A stretch of 64,000 nt of DNA from Candidatus Omnitrophota bacterium (GTDB lineage Bacteria > Omnitrophota > Omnitrophia > Omnitrophales > Aquincolibacteriaceae), in assembly GCA_030698625.1 (NCBI GenBank), contig JAUYMS010000003.1, positions 83,471-147,470 of the forward strand. The letters run 5' to 3'. Below, in pieces: positions 25,001 to 37,000 of this stretch. The position numbers and the translations under genes are program-made. The notes below the pieces were generated by a model. It was not told the origin of the DNA. It was given only the letters and a program-made list of their open reading frames with translations, and searched no databases. The first letter of the stretch is position 1. Every line of letters begins with the position of its first letter.

Positions 25001-28000
25001 TTATCCCAAATACCATGGTGATGCCAGCCTCGTTGCCGACGATATTGCCAGAAGTATTCTTCGCGGCGTGGCCCAGTGGCATGCTCTGAACTATTTAGGA
25101 AAAGGCCCGGGAGAGGGATCCGGCACGGACCTTCACACCGGCAATTGGGAACTCCTCACGCCGCCGTTAAACGGAGACCCCGAGCAGGGTATCTCAGTCC
25201 GCAATATCATCGATCTTGCTTCCCTGCATCAATATGTAGAGGACCGGGCGGCGTTTGATGGGCAGCGCATGTGGGATCTCAAAACGGTCATTGATGCCAG
25301 AGATGTCCTGACGGGCCCCGGAGTCACCTTCAGTCTTTTGGCGCTGCACCTCAAGGAGAACGAACACGATTTTCTCGAAGACCCTCACGACCTCTTCGAA
25401 AAGTACACCGCGATCTATTCGGAGGAGTATGAAGCGGTCAAGCAGATAGCCAAGCGGCCGCCGCCGATGAGTTACAGGGAAATCTATACGACAATCCTCG
25501 GAGAGACGCATGAAGCACCCCTGATCATTACGGGGCTTACGGGCGCGGGAAAAACGATCTTGGCAGAAAACTATGAGAAGTATCTGCGGGAAGGGGAGGT
25601 GGAGGTGCCGGCCCACCTCGTGCATAGTGATGGTTTCTTACGGTACTCGGTAATGGCCCTGCTCATTCGCTTGCTGATCACGCTCGGCTGGATCAAAGTT
25701 GATGCGCTTACGAAGGAAGGCTTCATTCAGCGGCATTACTTCGATTTGGAGAAACGCGACCGATTCGTCGATGAAGTCAAAGCCGGAAAGTACGAAGGCA
25801 AGCAGCTCGTAATCGAAGGCATCTTCTCAGACATCCTTTTTGCGCAGGCCTTAAATGCAAAGACGCTTCTTATAGAAGCGAACAGCGCATCGGTCTATGA
25901 GGAGCGGTACGTCGACCGGTCCATGAAAGACAAAAAACGCCTCAAGCTGCCGGCCCAATTCCTGGCGCGTACGCTGATTTCAAATCGCTTAAATCAACAG
26001 CTCCTTGATTCAAGGGAGAATCATGACCTTGTCTTGAACCTTGATGACATCTTTAAGCCGAAGCTGACCGTCAACCGGCCTCCTAAAAAAGCAGAATTAC
26101 GCCGCTCGGGACTTCTTAAAGTCATAGTCGACGCTCTGACTGCCCCGGCGGGAATTCGCGAGCGTCTTACCGCCGACGGGGTGAAGTTCGGCAGCGTGCC
26201 GGAACCCTACGTATCGACATTCGACCTTGAAGGCCTGCCCTGGGTTTTTACGCAATACCGGAATGAGGACAAGGATTCTCCGTTGCTATCGCTTGATGAA
26301 CTCAAGGAACAGGCTTTGACATTGACCGGCACGCTGGAGGTGAAGTTCGACGGCGGTGCGAGAAACGCCGGGGTCTTTCTCGGCTATGTCCAAGAAGTCC
26401 CGCATCCAGTTGTTATCAAATACTTCCAGGCAGGCGTCAGCGATATGGATGCTTATGATCGGGCACTTGAACTTTATATGGCGCAAATAGTCGCGTTCAG
26501 CGGGGTCGGGCCTGAATTTTACGGGGTGCTCGTCGAGGACGGGGAGATTGTCGGGTACGCCATGCAGGCGGCCCCGGGTGCGTTCGCGACCCAGACAAGC
26601 GACCTGCTTTACCTCATGCGCTATCTGTATCAATCGGGTGACGCCGACAACAAGGCCGTGCAGCAGAACGTGATGCGAATCGAAGAGACGATGGCCCGCT
26701 ACGCCATGGTTCCCGTAGACGGGCATTTGAATGTTCTCCTTTCCCGGACCGGGCACATATCTTTGATTGATGCGGGCAATGTCCGGCCGGCTTCCGAACT
26801 TGCGGAATTTCGCATGCCCTCGTGGATGAGTTCCGAAGAAAAAGTCAAGCAGCTGTTCCAACTTATGCAGGCCTACCTGCAAAAACGACGGCCGCTAATA
26901 ACCCGTCGCGGCGCTATTCATACGTTGCTTGATCATACCCAAGCGGAGCACGCAGCACCTCTTGTATCGGTAACAACACGGGAGATGATGAAAGATGGTT
27001 TGCACGAAAGCCTGGTTAAGTACGTAAGGCAGGGAGGGCATCTGGTATTGACGACTCCAGCCTTCAAAGAAGAGGCCTTCCTGAGCGCGATCGACGGCAT
27101 CCACCGAAATTTTGCGGAGACCGGCGAAATCGAATTGCTGGGCCGCATCCACTTCATCGCAAGCGACAATAATCTTAAAGACATTTTTGTCTACGAATCC
27201 GATGCGGGCGGGTACCGGTTGTTGCCGGACGATCCGATGGAACCGGATCCCCTGCTCAAACTCGTTCGCTATCTGAACACGGCAGGCCGCAAGGTGCTGC
27301 CCTTGATGTCCTATGACTATGAGTCTGCCAGCGTACCCCGTCGTGCCTATTTCGATACTGCCCATCGCGTGTTTTCGCAAACCCCACATGCCGGCAAATA
27401 CGTTGCGATATGGGATATCGAAGAAATCACCGAGCGGCTTGCCGAACGCGCCCCCGAAGAACTCGAAAAGGGCAGGAAGGAACTACCGGCTCAGCAGGAC
27501 TTTATGGAATGGACATTCGAAAGCACCCCGTTCGAGGTGCCTGCCGGAAATCAGGTGAAGGTGATCGTCGGGGAAAAAGGACGGGGCGCACCGGGTTTCG
27601 TTTGGGCCGGTGTCAACGATTGGGAAAAGACCTATCTGATTCCGTTGGTTCAAAACCCGGCGACCGGCAGACACGAAGCCGTGCTCCCGGCCGGCACGAC
27701 CGCATTCACGTTCTATTGGCGCGATTCCCCGAAGGCCGCCGGCGAGCGATGGGAAGGCCGCGATTTTCATGTGCGCTCTGCTGAGCGCTCGGAACTACGG
27801 GCAGCCGCGGTCAATATCACGGAAACCGTATTGCCGAATGCGGGGCTCAAAGGAATGGCGTCACAGGATGCAAAGGTGCTGATCGCCGAACTGGACGGCG
27901 ATTTCCTACTGGAAAGTAAGACCTGGCCCGAAAGGAATGCGCGCACGTTTACCGCCGCCGAACGGAAGATCTTCGAAACGGGTGAGGGGCTGACGCCGTT

Positions 28001-31000
28001 TTCGGAATTCGACCTCACGCACGACGACGTTGCTTCGGTTACGCACAGCATCTATGACCGCACGAGCGGTATTATCGGCATACGGGCGGCCGTCGAGGAC
28101 AAAGCGGGAACGGTCCGCTATATCCGGTTTTCGGGCGCAGGCACGAACGAAATGGAGAAATTGAAAACTCTCATGCCACCCATTTCTGAGATGACCGCAG
28201 AGGGGACGGTCCTGCGCGTTTCGGCCGGTAATCAGGGTGACCTGGCCGGGAATTTTACCGTGCACTCACGCAAAGAACGGGGCTGGGAGTTTTTCGGGGC
28301 CAATGACGAGCCTTGGCGGGGAGCGAGATATAAGGCTTTTGTCCAATTGGAAAATGGGAAAAGGATGTTGGGCGAGGTCGAGCTTGTCGGCGAAGCTAAG
28401 GACAACCGCATTAAACAGGTCTTTATCACGCCTGTCGGCGGACGTGAACGAGTCGAGCTCGATGCGATGCAAACGCGGTCGGTCATTGTTGCCTATACGC
28501 TGGGTTGGGGCGAAACGCCGGCGGACGAGTTACTGAGGAAAAATTACGCCATGAGTTCCGATATCCGGCACCTGCTGGCCTTTCCCTTCTTCCGAGGCGG
28601 TCCGCAATTTTACAATCAGACGGTTTTGACCCGCGAGCGCTATAAAGCCGCGATGAACTTCCGGCCGTTGGATTTTGATATTGTCGACATGACCGGTAAC
28701 GCCATTCCCGTCGCAGAGCTTCTCGGCCAACTTGATAAATACGGTTATGTTGCTAAGGATACCGCTGACGAAGTCGTGAAACCGGGCGATTATTTTATTG
28801 CGGACGAAAACAACATTCGTCTTATTTTTCATCCTGCGGTTTATCCCGTCAACATTCTTGTGACGAGTCAGGACGGCGAAAAGGCGGCTTTCGTCAGCAT
28901 CCAGGGTGTTTCCGGAAATCTTGGCGCGAACTATTGGAATGTCTTTGAGTGGATTCAGGAACAGCTGCCCTGGGCCTTTGCCGCCTTTGCCCTCGACAAC
29001 GGCAAGGACCCGTCATGGCAAAGCTACAATGAGGACGGAACCGAAGCGGAGCTGCTTGTTACAGGCCGCGACCTCGTCAATGCGACCGTGCTTGTCACAA
29101 AACGTGACGGTTTTCAACGGTCAGAGTTAAGGCTCCCGGCACGGACCGCTGAGGAAATGATGACGCGCCGGGAATTTATCCCGCGGGCGGCGTTGGCGGT
29201 TGCTGCCGGTCTCGTTGTTCTTTATGAATCGCCCAATATTGTTCTTGCCGCCGACGAAGAGAAGGGAGAAGTGACACTCTTTCTCCTGAGTCACGGCACG
29301 GTTGAGGACTTCGAGACAGTAAAACCGCATGTGGAAGCGGTCATCAAGCGGCTGCTCGATGCGGGTAAGACCGTGCATTATTTTGTTGAAGCCGCCGATC
29401 TCGAAGCGGAATTATCACTGACATCCCTCATTTACGCGGCGCTTGCGCCCGATCAGTCCGCCGACTTGCGCGAGGTCTTTGGCAACCTCTATACGGAGCC
29501 GCTCCCCGAGGCCTTTCTCGAAACCTCTTTTGAGCAAGATCAGCTATTTGTGCCGCTCCTTCAGGGGGTCGAGCGAGGACTTCAATATATGAAGGATCAC
29601 AACGAGATTCCTGCCGACCGTATTGCCGATTACGAGCTGGTCCTCAAGCTTCTGCCTGTCTTGCGGAAGATCAAGGAGAAGTTCCGGGGAATCGTGCGCG
29701 GCACGGCATCGCCGGACTCCGACGACGTCACTCGCGAAGTCGCGATCGAGAGGCTTACGAAACTGTTTGATGAATTTTATGATGCGACCGACCATTCTTA
29801 TGAGCCGGATGGGTTAGCGAAGGCTCCGTTCGCGCATCGATTGCACTATGCCCTTAACCGGGATAAAGACGGAAAGCCCTGGGGATTCTGGGGCGCGCAG
29901 GAGATGTACCTTAGAGAAGGCACGTTTGCCCCGGAACTGGGAACACGACTGCTTGTTCACAGGGAACGCCTGCTTACGCCCGGCCAGCTTGATGCGTATA
30001 CGACAGCGTCGGTGCAATACTCGAAACTATTTGAAGCGCTCGGATTTCCGGGAAATCCCAAATCAGTTATCGAGATCGAAGGAAAATTTCCGGAAGCGGT
30101 TTTCTATGCGACGCAGGGTACCGCGGAGGAGAGATTGGCCCTCGTGCGCAAAGCCTACTACGAGGCCGGCGCCCGATTTGAGAGTGCCGTCATGGGTGGC
30201 CGCGACAGAGCGCTATCGCAAGAGGCGGTCCGTTTAACACCGGAGGACAAAGACGCATCGGTGATTACCCGCGGTTTGGCTCACGTGGCGGCGGGAAGGC
30301 TTCTGGCGGATAATGCCGCGACGGATGTCAGGGACATGAAGCAGATTCAGGGAAGGGCGCAGCCGGCAGTTGACGCGCCCAATACCGAAGCGGAGCTCAG
30401 AGAAATGCGCGGCGGCAATCCGGGCGACGCCATAAAATTAAAGGTTGGGCAGCATATGGTGGTCGGTTTGATCTCCGATCTCGTTCGCGAAGTCCACAAG
30501 GATCATTTGAAGGCGTATCGAGAGCGCTACGAGAACCTCGCGGCCGGAATCCCCGATACCCTTCAAGGTGAGGACCGGGAAAAGGAAATTGAAAAACAGA
30601 TGAATCAGGCCCCTTACTTCCGCGCCATGGATCCTGCACCGCTTCCGAAACGGCTTGAGAGGTTTTTTGTCGAAGACAGACGCAGTATCTGGAACGCAAT
30701 GGCGGACCACCCGGAACAAGTTGAGGAATTCCTGCTTCAGGCCTTTAGGATTCATGCGGCATACCAGCGGGTCGTTGCTGCAACGCTCCGGAAGAAAAAA
30801 GAGACGGAGCCGGAGGAGGATCCTGTGGAAATGGCGGGGAGAATCTATGCGACTTATCTGGCGATGCTGAAGCTGCGGTCTGCCTCGATCCCCACGCCGC
30901 TTGAAGCCGAAGAGCTGCCGTTCAAGTTGATCACAAAGGCCGTTGCCGACGGAGTGTATGAAGGGGATGTGAAGACTTTCCTCGATACCTTCGAAGCAGA

Positions 31001-34000
31001 AGCCGAAAAAGTCATGGATTTCAAACCTTCGCTCCTGCGCCGCGAACGCTATCGCTCCGAGCTGCGGGATGATGAGCCTGTAAAGGAGATTCCTCTTTAT
31101 ATGGCTTATGCGCGGCATTTAAACGCGGCGGACACCTTTGATTTCGCAAAGCCGTTTTTTGATGAGGCAATTCAGAAAACATCTCGCAAAGACGGCCGCC
31201 CGAACGGCATTATGATTATCGAGCATGTGGATTCCAATCTTGCTGCTATGTTCATGAACGCGATGCACCGAGTCGTTGATCCGGTGCAGTTTCCGGACTC
31301 GGTCGTGGGCGCTTGGTTCAGACAACAACTTACTATTCCCAAACAATGGACACCTTATGAAAAGATGGAATCGTTTCTCGTGCAGTACCGGCAAGATCAG
31401 CCGTTCAGGACTGAAGTGGACAACCAGTATCAGGCCTTTCTCAAACATATTGGCGTCGAGAGAATCTATGGCATCTATGACCTAAAGCAAAGGATCGGGC
31501 CGGCCTCTGTTTTACAGCATGCGGAGCTCGACTATTTTATCGAAAAGGGGATAGGTCAGGCCGCGTTGGAGCCCGCCCGCTTTGAAACGGCCGCGACGGC
31601 GTATCTTTTCGGGGAATTGGATAAGGAGATAAGGCAAGCGCTTACGCAAAGGAGATATGACGATGCGGCCAACTTGCATTTAAAGTCGATTGATTTGCTT
31701 GAGGACTCGGGCAAAGTCCGCGACAGGATAATGAATCAATTCGTAGGTGAGCTCATCCGGGAAGATCCTGAGCGTGCCATCTATCACTTTCGCGGTTTTA
31801 ATCATGAGAGAAATCACGATCTCCTTACGGGTGACGGGCAAAAGGCCGCAGGTGTCTTGGTCGGCAGCAGGCTGGGCCAGAGGCCTGTCTTTTCGACAAC
31901 CACCTTTCAAGCCATGGACGGCGCAGAAAAAAACCTTCTCCTCATACATTTTATGAATGAGGTCCTGGATCATTTACTTCATGAAGAGAAACTCAGCTCG
32001 CATCGCAGCATCCAGGAATTCCTGGCTTTTCACCTGAGTCTGACACAGGGGCTTGAGCGGGAATTTAAAAGCCTGGAACAACCTGAAGACTACGATGCTT
32101 GGTTTAGGGAAATCTTTGATGCCGCAAACGAAACAGTACAAAGGAAGAGCCTGTCCCTGGGTCTCGCGCTGCTTGAAGTTTTGGAAGAAAGAAATATCCT
32201 GTCTCGTTCCGAGCTCAGGACCGAAGGCGGCGATAAAGAAAAGCCTCGCGGGCAAATTACGCGAAGGACGTTTTTGGATTGGATGGTGAAAGCCGCCAAT
32301 GCGGCCGCGGCGGCATCGGGGGTTTCGCCCGGGGCATTGCTCGAGGCCGCCGTCTCCATCCCCGCCGAGAAACCAGACTTGTCGCTGGCGGCGTTGGCCC
32401 GGCGATTTGCCCATAATCCCGATTCCCTGAAGGAACTCGAACAGGGTGTTGCTTGGCTTCAGGCATTCACTATCCTATACGGAACTGACAAGAAAGAGGA
32501 AGACTATGAGCTGGGCTTGATAAACCTGAAGCTCGCCGTACTGGACGGCGTGCGCACACGCAAAGAAAGTGAAGGCGTGACCGCGCTTTCCGAAGAGGAA
32601 GCCGCTTCACGGCTTGAGACGGCCCTGAATTCGCTGGAATCCATTGCCCAGTCCGAGGGCCTGAAAAAGGCCCCGCATCTCTTGGAGCGTCTGCGGAGCC
32701 TGATGGCCGAACCGTTCAGCTTCAAAGCTGCGCTGTCTGCACGAACGGCTCTGATACGGCACGCCTGGGGCACCGTACTTGGACCCCGCAGCGAGCTGTC
32801 GAGGGTCGCCAAAGACGTTGCCGAATGGTATGGCCGCGATCTCCGGGCCGCGCAAGCCGTAATGGCGGAGATCGCCGAACAGCTCACGCCGGAAGGATTC
32901 CGAAAAATACGGCAGCGGGAATTGATCTTCGAAAGGAATATGGACAACTACTTTGATCGTTCACTCCTCCCTGAGATTGCGCGCGGCGAGGCCGAGATCG
33001 ATTGGAGCAACCTTTTGGAAGACGACTACCGCGCTCGCATGTCGCGGTTTAAGGATCTGGCCGGTCAGTTGCCGGCAGCGGTGCGCAAGCAGGTGTTTGC
33101 CAATCCTAAAGTGCGGGAGGCTGAACGCAGTTACCGGCAATGGCAGCGCGAAAGCTGGAAACGAAAGGAGGAGCGGGAAACCTCCGCCGATCCCGAATCG
33201 CTCAAGATGATCATCGTCGGCGGCAGGTTCGACGACGAAGGCGGCAGGCCGTCATCATTAGTCAATCAGATTCATGCCGCACTGCCCGCGGGCACGAAGC
33301 GCGTCAACGGCGGCCGCTTTGACGCAATTCCGGGCCTCGCAAAGACCCTCGCCGATTATGACGTGATCATCTGGTTTCCCGATATTCCCAATGACAAGGC
33401 GAAATACCGGAATCTGAAAGCGCGGTATCCCGACAAATTGCTGGTGACCTCGAAGCGCAACCACGAAGGCAGTTATAGCGACCTCGAAGTCGTCGATCAC
33501 GCGCTCAAACTCAAAAGCAATCTCGTCATCGAATTTTCGGATACGATTCCGTTTAATATGAGGCTGCTGGATCCCTTGGGAAATGTCTACGAAGATACTC
33601 AGGACGCGTCATCGCTCGCCAAGTCGATGACAAGGCGCCTCAAGGTGATCGCGAAGGTGCGTCGGCAGGGGACAAAACGCGTCGCGGTCGCCTCACCGGT
33701 CAAGGTACCGGATGAGCCCGAGTTTTTCGATATTATCCGCGATCAAGCCGCGCGATTTCACGAGATCATGAGTGAACGTCGGCCGGAGACGGAAGAAAAC
33801 GAGGAGTTTTGCTTCCGTTGCGAAAGGGGATTCCCGAGTATGCGCGAGGGCGATTTCGCGTTCGTCTCGAAGCGGGGTGCCGCAAACACGGAGCGGCATT
33901 TTACGCGCAAAGATATGGTTCCCGTGGATTTGGCGAGTTTCCGCGAGACGGGCGAAATTAATTTCTACGGCCCCAACAAACCGGCGGTGGATACGCCGGT

Positions 34001-37000
34001 CCAGGTAAGACTCTATAATCAATATCCGGAAGTAAAATATATCATGCATTCGCATGAGTACGTGGAAGGCGCGCCGTTTACCGATGAAGTGTATGCCAGT
34101 GAGGCGCTTCAGGAATTTGACGAGATCGTGAAGGTGGTCGGAAAGGAGCCGGGCGTTAAGAATGTTGCCGTCAATCTGAAAGGGCATGGCAGTGTCGTGC
34201 TTGCCGCCGATCCGGAATATTTGCGCAATACCAAATATGTCTCCCGGACTTTTATCAGCGAGAGGACGGAAATGAACGCTATCCTCGTAGGCGGCCGATT
34301 TGACGGCGAGGGCGGGACGCCGTCGGCACTCATCCAAGAACTTCACGGGGCGTTCCCGCCGGGCGTGACGCTGCACAATGGCGGATCTATCGAAGAGTTG
34401 ACTGCGCTATTCAGCGGGTTGAGCGAGTATGAGGTCATTATGTGGTTCCCCGAGATTCCGCGGGGAGAAGATACCCTTACGTCGAAGATTAAGCTGGTCT
34501 ATCCCTTCAAGAAGCTCATCACGGCGGCCCACAACCGAAGCGGCGACCGCCCGTTCCAGGTGATAATGGACAAGGCGCTCGGCGTGCGGAGCAATTTGGT
34601 TGTCGAATTTTACGACGGCGAGAAGCCGGGCATGCGGCTCTTGGACCCATTATCCAACCAATACGGTGATACTACAGACCCGGCGCTATTTGCCGCTGCC
34701 ATCAGGGAGCGGCTTGAGATCATGAGGAAGTTTACGCGCCAAAGAACGGTTTTGGCGGGTGAAGCCAAAGTGCCGCCGAGGAATGCAGAATTTGAAGAAT
34801 ACCTCGGAATCATCCAGGCGTACGGCGAGAAAGTGCATGAGTTGATTCATCCGGCCGAAGGTGTCAAACGGTTCCTCGGCAATACCTCATTCCGCGCTTC
34901 CTATATGTATCCCGACGCTGGCTACGACGACCTGGTCTACATCTCAAGACGGAACGTCGATAAGCGCAATCTCGATGAAACCGGCTTTATCGCAATCGAG
35001 AAAGACTCGTTTAAAAATAGGCAGATCGGCTACTATGCGGACCGGGATCCCATCACGGGCGAAGAGCAGAAACCGAGCGTAGATACCCCGACCCAGGTGC
35101 GGTTCTTTTCGAAACTGCCGAACGTGAATTTTATCCTGCATTCCCATGTGTATATCGACGGCGCACCGTTTACTGAAGCCCTGTGCCCGTGCGGTTCGCT
35201 CGAAGAAGTCGAAGATGTTCTAAAACTCATCGGTCATGACTACAGCAGGACGAATTTCGCGATCAACCTGCGCGGGCACGGCAGCCTTCTCTTCGCACAA
35301 AGTCTTGATTATCTAAAGGAAGATCACCCGTACACGGCCCGCCCGCTTCCCGAGCTTCTCAATACCGACGGATCCAAGGCGAGAGCCGCTGACTACTTGA
35401 AGAGCCCGTATATTCGCGAAGCCCGTATCGTCGGTGACGGAGAAACCGTTACGGCCGAAATCTTGCCGAACTTCGAAACCCTCGAAGCCTTTGCCCGGGA
35501 GGAAGGGCTCTACACACTGCGTGAAGTCGATCTTCGGAACGATCCCGCAGTTTATCAACTCTTTATGGATATCGCCGGCGGTGTCAACCGGCTGCTCGAT
35601 GAGTCCGAGCATATCCGTAACATTGTCCTTTTAAGTTCTCCGCCGGGCGCGGACAGGCAGCAAATGATCGATACCGCGATAGCCGAAACCGCTCTGGAGG
35701 AGACAACGTCGGCGTACTTCGAGAGCGAAGAATTCGCCCGGGAGATTCTCGCCGTGCCGGGCCGCGAATTGCCGGAAGCCTATGTCAACGTACTGCGCCG
35801 CGATTTTCGTGCCGGCCGGTCGGGGCATTATAAGCGGCTTTTAGGTTTTACGGGTTCCGGCGAAGCCATGTTCGAAAGCATGGAAGAGTATTTCAATAGT
35901 GATGCGGCGGTTAAGATCTATAAAGTTCTGTTTAAAGGGCGCGTGGCGGGCAGAATTGTCGTCAACGAGAGGACTAAGACACTCATTGATGCGATCGTTC
36001 TCGAGCCCTACCGCGGAAACTATCTCGGCGATGCCGTGATCGGGCTGCTCGATCAAAAATACGGCGAATACTCGATCGTGATCCCGACCGGTGTTCCTAT
36101 CTATAATTTTCTCATCAAGCGGGGCTTCAAGGTCCTGCACTCGGAGTCGTTCGGCGCCATTGACCTCGATATCATCAGCCGTACTTCGCATAGCGAAGAG
36201 GATTTGGCGCCGGTAAAGGATGTACACCGTACGATATTCGCGCTTTATGCAAATGCCAAGATGGCTGATTTATCGGCTGCGGCGAAAGACCCGAAAGAGA
36301 GCGGCCTTTACAGGAATTTTCCCGAAGTCTACGATCTGCTCTATCAAAGGTTTTCCAGGCGTTTAGGGGATTACCTGGGCCTTGTTAAGGAGAATACTCC
36401 GGATGGCGGTGCCATCATGGACGCCGCTGCGGGAACGGGCGAGGTATCGGTGCCGCTGCTTCAGGCCGGCTACCGGGTCCTTTCAGCAGACCTTAATGCC
36501 GGAATGCTCGAACAGTTGCAGAAAAAGGCAGGCGAGGGCAGCGTTACGGCAAATACGGCCGTCGCAAGCTTCCATGAATTAGGCGATAGGGAGGACCAAT
36601 TTGATACGGTCAGTGTAAGGCAGGCAATCAATTATCTGGTTGGTGAAAAAGAATTGGTCAGCGGCTTAAAGGCGTTACGCAAGCGGATAAGAAACGGCGG
36701 TAAATTCGTGTTCAACGCGCCGAATTACAATCCCGCGACTTTTACGCCGCCCGAGAGAGGGCCGGATCATATCAAACTGGGAACGATGAATGCGATTGTG
36801 TGGGAGAGCAATGCCATCGATGAAAACGGCATACTAACGCACCATCAGCGCGCTCTCGTGTGGGACGACAACGGCCGTGACGATGTCCGTTACTATCATG
36901 ATAAGAATACGTTTCAGATGTATACGAAGGACGAACTCGACTCCGCTTTGAAAGACGCGGGTTTCTCCGAGATCTCGTATTACTCCGAGCACGGCAAGGC

